This document shows positions 1-9,725 of a stretch of DNA of 64,000 nucleotides, piece by piece. This DNA is from Alphaproteobacteria bacterium (GTDB lineage Bacteria > Pseudomonadota > Alphaproteobacteria > Bin95). The notes under the pieces are model-generated. The model saw nothing but the letters and a program-made list of their open reading frames with translations. It did no database searches and had not been told where the DNA came from. Where the stretch lies: assembly GCA_964291285.2 (NCBI GenBank), contig OZ219788.1, forward strand, positions 1 to 64,000, written 5' to 3'. How positions within the stretch are numbered: position 1 is the stretch's first letter; each line of letters starts with the position of its first letter. A program made the position numbers and the translations under genes.

Positions 1-806
1 GCGGTCAAACCGGCGACCGAGGCCACCATCCTGGCTGCATTGTCGGTGCCGATCCGCTCGCTCATGACATTGTCTTCGCCAACGATCATCGCCCAGGTCA
101 TGCCCGTGGCGTCGTTGACGGAGAACTTGTTCGCCTCGGGAATCGTGGCGGCAGGAATCGTGGTGTCGTGCGTCACCCGAGTACCGGCTCCATCCGCGTT
201 GGATGTGGGCCCGAGCGCCATGGCGATCGCCATGGCCACTTCCTCGCCCCTGTCGGCGGCGGTCTTCACGTCGTCCTCGTCTGTGCCCGTGACCATTTCG
301 ACATAACCTGCCAGATCGTCGCCGTTGAGGACCTCCTCGGCCGCCTCGACCTGCGTCTCAGCTGCCATGATCGCATCGTCGAGTGCCTGCACAAGCGCCG
401 GGTCCGCGTTCGCGGCAAGACCGGCCTTCGCCTGTTCGGCCTCCATCTTGTCGACCTTGGCGGCTTCGATGGCGGCCATCAGGTCCGACTTGGCCTTCAG
501 CACCATGGCGGCGCTGTTCATCGCCGACATGGAATTGCCATCGGAAGCCAGCGTCCCGCTCATGGCCGAGTATTTCATCGCCATCATCAGAGCCGAGCCG
601 TCTTCGGTTTCCGCCGCCGCCAGCGTCATCATCACCTCGACGCTGGCGTTCAGGTCGTTCGCATAGGACAGGGCGGACTTCGCCGGAGGCTGTGGCGTCG
701 TAGGTCCGGTGGAACTGGAAGATCCTCCTCCGCCTCCGCCGCAGCCCGCAAGCGCCAGGGCCGCAGCGGCCATCGCTGCGAGTGTCCAGTGTTTCATGCG
801 TCTCAT
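1..806 (-). CDS. Surface lipoprotein, paralog of 5400-7097 (partial, runs off the left edge)
   Basis: Not in the ORF track. Manual translation from the ATG at 806 gives MRRMKHWTLAAMAAAALALAGCGGGGGGSSSSTGPTTPQPP..., a lipobox LAGC plus poly-Gly nearly identical to the N-terminus of 5400-7097. Frame stays open to position 1; AAGGAG-like RBS upstream. Confidence 0.8.
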   Translation of the reverse strand, partial: MRRMKHWTLAAMAAAALALAGCGGGGGGSSSSTGPTTPQPPAKSALSYANDLNASVEVMMTLAAAETEDGSALMMAMKYSAMSGTLASDGNSMSAMNSAAMVLKAKSDLMAAIEAAKVDKMEAEQAKAGLAANADPALVQALDDAIMAAETQVEAAEEVLNGDDLAGYVEMVTGTDEDDVKTAADRGEEVAMAIAMALGPTSNADGAGTRVTHDTTIPAATIPEANKFSVNDATGMTWAMIVGEDNVMSERIGTDNAARMVASVAGLT

Positions 807-890
807 GGAGCCCTTCTCCTTTCAGCCCGGGCCGGCAACGGCCGGGAAAACCGTTTGGATTGTTCCTCCGTGGTTTCGCTTGCCGCCCCG

Positions 891-1010
891 ATCGGAAGTC
901 GATTTCGATGCCGGTCACGAAGGCCGCGCCTTGCGCGCCGCCGGTGTCGTCCTCGACGCTGAAGATCGAGCTCTTCCACGACGCGCCCGGCGCCAGCCTT
1001 CGGAAAGGCG
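891..1010 (-). pseudogene. 3' remnant (~40 codons) of a porin gene
   Basis: Reads LAPGASWKSSIFSVEDDTGGAQGAAFVTGIEIDF versus LAPGVAWKSSIFGVEDSGSGAEGTAFVTGIDIDF* at the end of the 7186 porin. The stop TGA has become CGA. Confidence 0.85.
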
Positions 1011-1093
1011 ATGATGGAGGGTATGGCCGGTGACCGGGTTTGACAACCGACGCTGGTCCCGTCCCCCAACTCTGTCGTCATGGATGAAAGACA

Positions 1094-1293
1094 TCACACC
1101 GCGCGGGGCACCACTTCGCGATCGATTTTCTGCCGCACCGTGCGTTCGGCGACGTCCGGATCGTAACGGGTTTGCAGATTGATCCAGAACTCCGGCGTTG
1201 TCCCGAAATGGCGGGCCAGTCGTGGTGCAGTATCGGTGGTTACGGCGCGCCGTCCAAGCGCGATTTCGTCCAGCCACGGACGCGACACCTTGA
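1094..1293 (-). pseudogene. higA: HigA-family antitoxin, 3' part (split by IS1634)
   Basis: VSRPWLDEIALGRRAVTTDTAPRLARHFGTTPEFWINLQTRYD is a HigA HTH C-terminal pattern. It joins in frame to ...RLARDIK at 3201 once the IS and one TSD copy are removed. Confidence 0.85.
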
Positions 1294-3200
1294 CCCAACT
1301 TGAACAGTCGGTGTCGATTTTTGCCGGGCGCGGTTTCGCCAAGTTGTTGAAATGATTGGATAGTGAGGTGATGATTGGCGCGGGTTGAGAAAAATGTAGT
1401 GAAACATTTTTGCTGATTTGGCCTTGTTTTCTTGATTGGTCGATATCGAAGACATACAACGCGGTCATGTTCGTGCGCGAAACGACCGCCCGGGGCCACC
1501 GCTATCTCTACCTCGTGGAGAGCGTGCGCGAGGGCAAGCGGGTGCGCCAGCGCACGATCCGCGCGCTCGGCCGCAAGGACGTGTTGCAGGCGAGCGGGGA
1601 GCTGGACCGTCTGATCGCGTCCCTGGCGCGCCATTCGGAGCGGTCCGTGGTGCTGGAGGACATGGAGGCGGGCGCGCTGGCCTGCGTGCGGGTCGGCGGT
1701 CCGCTGCTGTTCGGTCGGCTGTGGGATCGGCTGGGCGTGGGCGCTGTCGTGAAGGAGCTTCTGGACGGTCGCGGCTTCGGGTTCGCCGTCGAGCGGGCGG
1801 TGTTTGTGAGCGTTCTGCACCGTCTGTTCGTGTCGGGTTCGGACCGGTCCTGCGAGAAGTGGATGGCCGACTACGCGATCGAGGGGATCGAGGGGTTGCG
1901 GCTTCATCAGCTGTATCGGGCGATGGCCTGGCTCGGGGAGGAGCTGGAGGCGCCGGCGGAAGGCGCGCTTGCGCCGCGCTGCGTGAAGGACGGGATCGAG
2001 GAGCGTCTGTTCGAGCACAGGCGGGACCTGTTCACCGACCTGTCTGTGGTGTTCATGGACACCACGACGCTGTCGTTCCACGGCGCGGGCGGCGAGACGC
2101 TGGGCGCGCACGGCTACTCGAAGGACCATCGCCCGGACTTGCGCCAGATGGTTCTGGCGGTGGTGCTGGACGGCGAGGGCCGGCCTGTGTGCACGGAGAT
2201 GCTGCCGGGCAACACGGCCGACACCAGGGTGCTGCTGCCGATCGTGGACCGTCTTCGGTCACGCTTCGGGATCGGTCGTGTGTGCGTGGTGGCGGACCGG
2301 GGGATGATCTCGGCGGCGACGATAGCGGCGCTGGAAGAGCGGGGGCTGGACTACATCCTGGGCGCGCGCGAGCGGCGCACGAAGGTGGTCCGCGAGGTGG
2401 TGCTGAAGGACACGAAGCCCTTTGTGCCGCTGCTCCTCAAGCGTCCGCGCGGCGAGACGCAGCTGTTCGTGAAGGAAGTCACGGTGGGCGGCGCGCGCTA
2501 CATCGTGTGCCGCAACGAGGCGGAGGCACAGAAGGACCGCGCCGACCGGCAGGCCGTGGTGGACGGCCTCCAGCGCCGCCTTGCGGACGGCGAGAAAGCG
2601 CTGATCGGCAACAGCGCCTACCGGCGTTATCTGCGCCGCACGGGCGCGGGCAAGGCGTTCGAGATCGACGCCGGCAAGCTCGCCGAGGAGGCCGGCTTCG
2701 ACGGCATCTTCGTGCTGCGCACCAACGCCGGCATGACGCCGCTCAATGCCGTGCTCCGCTACCGGGAGCTGCTCACGGTGGAAGACCTGTTCCGCCGGGC
2801 GAAGGCCCAGTTGCGCACCCGCCCGATCTACCACTCCTGCGACGCCGCGATCCGCGGCCACGTCTTCTGCTCCTTCCTCGCGCTCGTCCTCCAGAAGGAA
2901 CTGGCCGACCGCTGCGCCGCCGCCAACGTCAACGTCGAATGGGACGACCTGATCCGCGATCTCGACCGCCTGCAAGAGGCCACCATCGAGAAGGACGGCA
3001 AGCGCATCACCACCCGCACCCATGTCGAGGGCCAGGTCGGAAAGGTCTTCCAGGCCGTCGGCATCGCGCTGCCGCCGAACTGGCGCGAACACAAAGCCTG
3101 ACCGTCCCCAAAATCAACGAAATGTAGTGGGTACACCCGGCGATGCCGGTGTAACTCCCTGTTCTATCGAATACTTTTAATCGTCACTGTTGAAGTTGGG
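1294..3200 (+). mobile_element. IS1634-family insertion sequence, 1907 bp, complete
   Basis: TIRs CCCAACTTGAACAGT (1294) and ACTGTTGAAGTTGGG (ends 3200); 5-bp TSD CTTGA at 1289-1293 and 3201-3205. Confidence 0.92.
1467..3101 (+). CDS. IS1634-family DDE transposase
   Basis: MFVR...YLYLVESVREGKRVRQRTI N-terminus; FMDTTT, GYSKDHRPD, VADRGM, VEDLFRRAK, RPIYH and RGHVF motifs. Confidence 0.92.
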   Translation: MFVRETTARGHRYLYLVESVREGKRVRQRTIRALGRKDVLQASGELDRLIASLARHSERSVVLEDMEAGALACVRVGGPLLFGRLWDRLGVGAVVKELLDGRGFGFAVERAVFVSVLHRLFVSGSDRSCEKWMADYAIEGIEGLRLHQLYRAMAWLGEELEAPAEGALAPRCVKDGIEERLFEHRRDLFTDLSVVFMDTTTLSFHGAGGETLGAHGYSKDHRPDLRQMVLAVVLDGEGRPVCTEMLPGNTADTRVLLPIVDRLRSRFGIGRVCVVADRGMISAATIAALEERGLDYILGARERRTKVVREVVLKDTKPFVPLLLKRPRGETQLFVKEVTVGGARYIVCRNEAEAQKDRADRQAVVDGLQRRLADGEKALIGNSAYRRYLRRTGAGKAFEIDAGKLAEEAGFDGIFVLRTNAGMTPLNAVLRYRELLTVEDLFRRAKAQLRTRPIYHSCDAAIRGHVFCSFLALVLQKELADRCAAANVNVEWDDLIRDLDRLQEATIEKDGKRITTRTHVEGQVGKVFQAVGIALPPNWREHKA

Positions 3201-3627
3201 CTTGATATCCCGGGCCAGTCGATAGACGCAGAGTTCCATCGGTTTCAGGAAATCACCGCGCAGAATTGCGCCGGGATGCACCGGAGGCGACAACCATCCG
3301 GAAGCGACGTCTGCGAAATCGACCTTGAACCGGTCCAGGCCTTCCCGATCAATGGCCGCGTTCGATGCGGCTCCTGATAGACAGTCGGCAATCTCGACCT
3401 CCCAACCCTCGCCGTCACGGCAGACGAAACAGATACGCCATTGCTCGTTGACGAGAACGCCATGTTGCCCTGGTCGGTCGCCACGAAGAGCTTCGGGCCG
3501 GTTGCCGGGCGGGACCTGCAGCTCTTCGAGGCGGCCAGTCGCGTCGGTTGGATCTGCGTGGGCTGCGCGCGAACGGCGTGCCCGTGAAGATGGCCGCAGT
3601 GCGTTTGCCGGCAAAGCTCTCGATCAC
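3201..3627 (-). pseudogene. higB: Degenerate higB toxin plus 5' part of higA
   Basis: MIESFAGKRTAAIF (frameshifted) then LQVPPGNRPEALRGDRPGQHGVLVNEQWRICF...VEIADC (HigB), reading through into PPVHPGAILRGDFLKPM (HigA start region). Confidence 0.8.
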
Positions 3628-3883
3628 GGACCATCGTAACGACAGTCGTTACGTTCTGGTCGAGTATTCGGAAAACCTCGCAGGATCACCGGCTGAGACG
3701 GTGATGAAACGGCTGCGCCATGCGAGCGCTGGTCCGTCGATTGCGCCCCCAACTTGTCCGGGGCGCGAAGGTGCCGGAGGGGCGTTGCAACCCGCCCCTC
3801 CGGCGACCGGTTCGGACTGGAAGGAGGCACGGGGGTGCCTGCTCTGTCCGGGCCGGCCATTCTGCGCGGCTGCCGCTTCTCCG

Positions 3884-5158
3884 TCAGAACTGCCTGACGA
3901 AGCTGAGCTCAGCGCGATTGCGATTATAGTCAAGGGCCTGGGCGTTGGTGTCGCGCTCCTCGCGCACGAGGCTGAGGCGCGGGCTGAAGCCGGCCAGGGT
4001 GAGGGCGCGGTTGTGGACGGAAAGCGAGAACGTCTGCGTCTCGTCCTCGCGCGGCTCGCGGTCGATGGTGCGGTGGGCGAAACCCTGCCCCTGGTATTCC
4101 GTGCGCTGCAGGGAGGCGCGCAGCCCGACGGTGAAGCCGGCCCGCAGCGCCAGCGTCGCGCCCAGGCTGGCCCGGGGCCCGCTGTTGCGCCAGTGCTCCA
4201 GGTTGGCGCGGGCCCAGCTCCAGCCGGCATTGCCGCCGAGACGCAGGATCGGCAGCGCGGCCCAGCTTGCGCCGAGCATCACATCGCCCACCGGGCCGTC
4301 GAGCCAGTTGCAGTCGCGGCAGTTGCGCCGCGCGGCGCTCACGCGGGCGAACATGCCGAGGCGCGGCGTCAGCCGGTGCTCCCCTTCAAGGCGCAGGCCG
4401 AAGCGGTCGGTCTCGGGCACGCCGGCGGTCCATTGCCGCTCGACCGTCGCCAGCAGGCTTGCCTCGGTGCGCGCGTCGATCAGCCGGCGCGGGCCCAGAT
4501 GCGCCGAGAGGAAATGGCGGTCGAAGTCCCCGCCCTTGTATTCCCGGATGCTGGCGTTCGCCCCGGAGCGCAGGCGGAGATTTTGCGAAAGCGGATACTG
4601 GTATTCGCCGCCGCCCCAGAGGGAGACACCAATACCGGACTTGGGCGTGGCGGGGTCGTCGAGGGTGAAGGGCAGCCGTCCGAAGACGGTGTCGAGGAAG
4701 ATCGTGCGCTCGCCCGACGCGGCATTCAGATTGCTGTCCGGAGCAAGGGCCGCGCCGAACTGCGCCGTCCAGCGCCGGCGCGCGCGCATGATGTTCAGGA
4801 AGCGCTGGATATTGACGGCCACCGCCTCGGGCGGCTTGCCGCCTAGCACCTGCTCGAAATGCCGCCGTGCCAGCGTGTCCTCCTCCTTCAGGAAGAAGGC
4901 GCGGGCGAGTTCGAGGCGCACGCGCACAAGCTCCGGCCGGTCCACCAGGATGGCGCGGAAGGCGGCGATGGCCTCGTCGAGCTTCTCCTCGCGGGCCTCC
5001 CGGTCTGCGATGGTGTGGGCGGCGTTGAGGGCTTCCATTCCGGCCTGGAAGCGCGGGCCGGTCGCATCCTGGCCGGAGGCGGGCGCCCCCCACCCGACCG
5101 CCGCAAGGACCAGGATCGACAGGCCCAGGACGAGGACGAAGGCAAGGAACCGTGTCAT
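3884..5158 (-). CDS. Surface lipoprotein assembly modifier (Slam/T11SS, TPR + DUF560 beta-barrel)
   Basis: Signal peptide, TPR-like RVRLELARAFF...ARRHFEQVL, APDSNLN motif, amphipathic barrel ending in F; lies downstream of a TbpB-like lipoprotein. Confidence 0.8.
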   Translation of the reverse strand: MTRFLAFVLVLGLSILVLAAVGWGAPASGQDATGPRFQAGMEALNAAHTIADREAREEKLDEAIAAFRAILVDRPELVRVRLELARAFFLKEEDTLARRHFEQVLGGKPPEAVAVNIQRFLNIMRARRRWTAQFGAALAPDSNLNAASGERTIFLDTVFGRLPFTLDDPATPKSGIGVSLWGGGEYQYPLSQNLRLRSGANASIREYKGGDFDRHFLSAHLGPRRLIDARTEASLLATVERQWTAGVPETDRFGLRLEGEHRLTPRLGMFARVSAARRNCRDCNWLDGPVGDVMLGASWAALPILRLGGNAGWSWARANLEHWRNSGPRASLGATLALRAGFTVGLRASLQRTEYQGQGFAHRTIDREPREDETQTFSLSVHNRALTLAGFSPRLSLVREERDTNAQALDYNRNRAELSFVRQF

Positions 5159-5304
5159 GGCGTTACTCGTCTCTCCGGCCGCCCGGACAGGAGGCTGCCG
5201 GCGGGGAGATGCGTCTCTGTTTCGCCGCTGCGAGCCGGACCGGAGAACGGCGCGGCCGCCGGAGGAGGCTGGAGGATTTCATCGGCGGACCCGACGCGGG
5301 CGGC

Positions 5305-5346
5305 AAAGAAAAACCCCCGGCGCGACCAAAGAGACGCGCCGGGGGG
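5305..5346 (-). terminator. Intrinsic terminator between lipoprotein and slam
   Basis: CCCCCGGCGCG...CGCGCCGGGGG stem followed by a T-tract on the minus strand. Confidence 0.65.
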
Positions 5347-5399
5347 AAGAAGCGGGAGGGAGAAACCCGGACGGGCACCCCTCCTCCCGATGTTATCGA

Positions 5400-7097
5400 C
5401 TACCGGCGGGCGCCGAAGGCACCGGCGATGCTGGCCGACTCGTTGTCGGCCTGGAAGGTGCCGCCGACTCCGAGCGGATAGGCGTCGGCTTTTGACGGCT
5501 GCCCGAAGAACTGGGAAGTCCAGGTCCCGTGCAGCGTCTGATCGCCCAACGTCGCCGTCGTGCCATCGAAGGCGCTCTCGGTCGGGTCGTTCTCGGTGCC
5601 CGCGGAGGTCACGTCGGCGCCCGTGGCACCTGTAATCGTTTGCTGCTCCAGCGTCACCATCCAACCGGACACGTCCACATTGCCGTTGTCGGTCTGGAAA
5701 CCACTGATGGCTCCCTCAAGCGTGCCGCCAGCGGCCGTGCCACTGAACTTCGCGGTCAGCGACGCGGCTGCCGTAAACATGCCGGCTTGCCCGTCGGTCA
5801 CGCCCGATTCGCCGATATCCTGCACCACGAACTTGCCTGCGGCCCGACCGTTGTAGGTCGCCGAGCCAGCCGCCAAGTCACCGGCGGCCAACTGATACGC
5901 CGAGCCGTCCGCGTAGTACCGGAATGTGTAGACGCCGGTCTGAGCCGTCGGTTCATGAAGCCACCAGCCGAAGCTCATGAATTCTCCTTGCTGGCCACCG
6001 CCCGCGGCAGTCCCGCCGTCCTGCAGCCATGCCGTGGCGTTCAGCTCAGGAACGAAGGTCCAGGTCCCGGTAAGCGTGTAGGCACCTCCCGGAGTAACCG
6101 CGACCGAGCATGTACCACCGCCAGCGTCGCACACGTAGCGGCCACCCGCGCCATCATAGTTCCCCGGAATGCTGGCGTGGGTATTGTTCCCACTATTGCC
6201 TGGGTCAGTGTTCAACGCGTAGTTCTGGGTGACGGTGCCTTCTTCGACAGGGCCGGGCGCCGGGAACCTCGTCAGGTCGAGTGTCGTATCGCTGACGGGA
6301 TTGGTTGTGCCGGTGCTGCTCTCAAGCGTCAGCCCCGTGTATACAGTTTCCGAGTCCGCTGCGTCCGTGAGGGCATCTATCTCGGTGTTCGCATACTTGT
6401 GTGGCGTCGCCGCGTCGTTGTCGAAGTTGAAGAACTGGATCCGGGTCGCCGGCTCCTTGTCCGTGTAGACGAAGAGATGGTTCGTCCCAACGCCTGCAAC
6501 GGCCTGCATGAGGCGTGAGCCAATCCAGACCTCCCCGTTCGGCAGTATCGTGCCATCGGACGCGGAGTATCCGGTCGACGTAACTTTGGCCGGTCCGCTT
6601 CCGCCTCGAGTGATGGTGATCGCGTTTTCCGCCGGACTTCCGCCTGTACCGAAATTGGCAGCCGCCTCAAGCGCCCGGTCCTTGCCGATGACCTGGTCGC
6701 GGCGCATGATCCGCGCGGTTTCCTTGTCAGCCATAACCTGCGTCATGGCGGTTTCGGTCAGCATAGCCGTCGCCGCGCCACCGGTGCTGGTCACGGAACC
6801 GTCCGCCATGACCTCGACCTCGCAGTCGTCCCCGTCAGCCGGGCAGGCGAAGACCACGCCGTTGTTGGTGTAGCTCTCGCCCGCCGCAATGGTCATGGAC
6901 CCCGCCATTGGCGAATTGTCTTCATCCAGATACATCGCATCCGGAATCATGACGTCCGCAACAGGCGGAGGCGCCGGAGGCGCCGGGGGCATGGTCGGCG
7001 CAATGGACGACGTCCCTCCGCCGCCACCGCCGCATCCTGCGAGCGCCAAGGCCGTAGCGGCCATCGCCGCCAGTGCCAGATTTTTCATGGTTCTCAT
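5400..7097 (-). CDS. TbpB-like (Slam-dependent) surface lipoprotein
   Basis: Lipobox LAGC + GGGGGG, Pro linker, C-terminal barrel motifs (SFGWWL, ATYNGRAAG, GTFQA...IAGAFGARR). Confidence 0.8.
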   Translation of the reverse strand: MRTMKNLALAAMAATALALAGCGGGGGGTSSIAPTMPPAPPAPPPVADVMIPDAMYLDEDNSPMAGSMTIAAGESYTNNGVVFACPADGDDCEVEVMADGSVTSTGGAATAMLTETAMTQVMADKETARIMRRDQVIGKDRALEAAANFGTGGSPAENAITITRGGSGPAKVTSTGYSASDGTILPNGEVWIGSRLMQAVAGVGTNHLFVYTDKEPATRIQFFNFDNDAATPHKYANTEIDALTDAADSETVYTGLTLESSTGTTNPVSDTTLDLTRFPAPGPVEEGTVTQNYALNTDPGNSGNNTHASIPGNYDGAGGRYVCDAGGGTCSVAVTPGGAYTLTGTWTFVPELNATAWLQDGGTAAGGGQQGEFMSFGWWLHEPTAQTGVYTFRYYADGSAYQLAAGDLAAGSATYNGRAAGKFVVQDIGESGVTDGQAGMFTAAASLTAKFSGTAAGGTLEGAISGFQTDNGNVDVSGWMVTLEQQTITGATGADVTSAGTENDPTESAFDGTTATLGDQTLHGTWTSQFFGQPSKADAYPLGVGGTFQADNESASIAGAFGARR

Positions 7098-7185
7098 CGA
7101 ACCCTTCTCCTTTCAACCCGGACCGACTGCACCGGCCGGGCAAACCGTTTGGATCATTCCTCCGTGGTGTGGACTGCCGCGCCGA

Positions 7186-8305
7186 TCAGAAGTCGATGTC
7201 GATGCCGGTCACGAAGGCCGTGCCTTCCGCGCCGCTGCCGCTGTCCTCGACACCGAAGATCGAACTCTTCCAGGCAACGCCCGGCGCCAGCTTGTAGCCC
7301 ATCGAGACCATGGTCCCGGTGCGCTCGTCGCCGTTCTCCGCATCGCGGTTCATGTAGTCGAAGCTGAACGACATCGGGCCGTCCGTGTAGCCGAGGCCGA
7401 CCGCCACGGTGTCGTGCTGGCCCGACCCGTCCTCGACGGCCATCTCGTGGCCATCTTCATCGGCCGCTGCCATGAAGCCGCCACCGTCGCGGTTGGCGTA
7501 GGAGACGCCGAAGCTGTACTGGCCCATGCCGATCGAGAGGCCCGCATTGGTGTACGTCGCGTCGTCGAAGCCCTTCGACATGTCGTCGGTGCCGTCGCCG
7601 TCGGAGTCGTAGTCCACGCTGCCGGTCTGCGAACGTGTGAGATGGCCGAGCGAGACCTTGACCGACATGTCGGCTACGTTCACGTTGTAGTTGATGCCGG
7701 CGGCTACGACCGCCTTGTCATTGTCCGTCGGCGCTCCGGTCGGGGCGTTCTCGTTCGTCGAATCCGGATGGTAGGACAAGCCCACCTGGATGCCGTTCAC
7801 GCGCGGGGTGATGTAGATCACACCCAGATCGTCGCCCGCGACGCCGCCCGTCCAGCCGGCGGTCTCGAAATAGGCGCCCGGGATCCACTTCTGCGAGTCG
7901 CCGGCGTTCAGGCCGACGCCCGCGCCGAAGGCCGCCGCATAGTGCGTGCGCGCATGGATCGGGTCGCGCTGGCCGATTTCGAGCGTGCCGAAGTCGCCGC
8001 TGACGCGCGCGAAGGACTCGTCGATTTCGGTATTGGCGTCCCCGCTGTCGCCGCCGCCGCTGTTGTTGGCCTCGAGCTGCACATGGACCGTGAACTTCAG
8101 GCCGTTGTCGGCTTCCAGCGAACCCTGGAAATAGATTTCCGAATCGGACTGGACGTCGACTCCGCCGTCCACGTCACCGTCGGAGCGATCGGCTATGCCG
8201 ACCCACTGTTCCATATAGCCGCCTACGCCGACGCTCAGCATGTCAGCCGCCGAAGCCGAACCGGCTGCCACCGCGCCCGCGAAGGCGAGCGCGGTCGTTC
8301 CCAGC
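7186..8305 (-). CDS. Alphaproteobacterial porin, 5' end probably truncated
   Basis: Porin motifs (SDSEIYFQGS, DNGLKF, EIDESF, YITPR, terminal F). Signal core LGTTALAFAGAVAAGSASA is present, but there is no ATG/basic N-region before the upstream in-frame stop. Confidence 0.8.
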
Positions 8306-8374
8306 TGTAATTTAAGAGACTGTAGCGTTTATGCAACAGTGCAGCGCAGCGGCCCAAAAAGGGGGGAAGCCTGA

Positions 8375-8779
8375 ATGCCGGACCTGAACATCAAGAACGT
8401 CCGCGCCTTCATAGCCGTGGTTAGAGAGCGCAGCACGGCGAAGGCGGCGCATCGCTGCGGCATTTCGCGCGCGGGGATCGTCAGCCGCCTGCAGACGCTT
8501 GAAGAGAATCTGGGCGTGAAGCTGCTGGAGCGGAACTTCCCTCCGAACAAGGCGGAGACCGGCAGAACGCAATTGACCGCGGAGGGGATGGCCCTCCTGC
8601 CGAAGGCCGTGGAACTCCTTCGAGCGCATGACGCGCTGTTCGACGCCCCGACGGGTCCCGACCCGCGCGAGACAGACCGCATCCTGGCCGTCGGGCTGCT
8701 GGAGCTTGCGGTGACTGCCCTGCGGCAAGACCTGTCGGACGCCGACAGAATCCGGATTCACGAAATCCTGCTGGACTGA
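8375..8779 (+). CDS. LysR-type HTH-only regulator (no effector domain)
   Basis: LNIKNVRAFIAVVRERSTAKAA...LEENLGVKLLER...LTAEG; only 134 aa; GGGGGG-type RBS upstream. Confidence 0.75.
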   Translation: MPDLNIKNVRAFIAVVRERSTAKAAHRCGISRAGIVSRLQTLEENLGVKLLERNFPPNKAETGRTQLTAEGMALLPKAVELLRAHDALFDAPTGPDPRETDRILAVGLLELAVTALRQDLSDADRIRIHEILLD

Positions 8780-9029
8780 ACACCACCCGAATCCGGGCGT
8801 CCCGTAACCGTCCATCGACAGCTGCTCAGTGCGACGTATCGCCTCCAGTGCTTTGAATGCGGGTTGTCTCGTTCTGTCCGGACATGCGCTCTGCTGCCCA
8901 TGAGCGGATGCGCATCGACGCGTCCGGGACCGGCTCGCAGGCCCGGTGGAAACTCCGACGGCAGACACCTGGCCGGAGCTTCTGCGCCCGGCGTTGCGAG
9001 AGGTAATGGTCCTTTCCCCAATCGAGCTA

Positions 9030-9139
9030 GGTCCTGTGGACGGATTTGATCAAGATGAAGGCAGCGGCGAGTGCGACGAAGGAGCTGAAGTTTGTGGCGG
9101 TCTTTTCGCAGCGCAGGGCGATGCGTTTGAAGCGTTTGA
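9030..9139 (-). mobile_element. IS5 (IS427 group) 3' end: TIR and last ~35 codons of the transposase
   Basis: Minus strand encodes KRFKRIALRCEKTATNFSSFVALAAAFILIKSVHRT*; TIR GGTCCTGTGGACG follows TA at 9028-9029. Confidence 0.9.
9128..9139 (+). repeat. Left att core TGAAGCGTTTGA
   Basis: 11/12 match to 43419-43430; marks the end of IS5 homology. Confidence 0.85.
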
Positions 9140-9725
9140 TTTGAATGGCATGACGGATGATGGGTTGAATTAATACAGCAATTACAATCCATTACAGTGA
9201 GAACACAGGATATTTCCAGAAACGTATCAACACTATATCAGCACGACAGCCGGATCGTCGCGGAAAGCTGTGCGGGGAAGGCAACCCGCGGGTCTCATAA
9301 GGCTCGTGTTGCCCGGCGCCCCTCCAGCATTGAGAATGCGGACATGTGTCTCTGGAGCATTCATCCCGGGCATCTTGCCCCCGCGGGCTGGCCGTGCTGT
9401 GGAGGAGTTGTCACGCAATTCGGAAACCCTGCGCGGACGCTCGAACGACCGGCAACAGCCGGATTCCCGGCGCTGCTCAGGCCTGCGCTGCCGACAGGGC
9501 CGACGAACGGCTCCCTGAGCCGAACCGGGCCGTATGAACGGCGGATTGGCGGAAGGTTGGGTACCTCTGTCGGAATTGGGACTGCCGCAGCGCTTCTATG
9601 GCAAGGGTCGTCTCTTCGCTCGGCATGATCGGGACATGGAAAGTGTGGTATAGCATTTGCTATGTCGCACGAGATGGTCTAATCCTTGCGCCCCATGTAA
9701 TCGAGAAACGACGGTGCGACCGGGA

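Noticed and set aside
8306-9196. TGT...ACA (Tn7/Mu-like) ends around the LysR gene
   Set aside because: Only 6-7 bp match, no TSD, no cognate transposase, and the ATTACA copies lie inside the integrative element.
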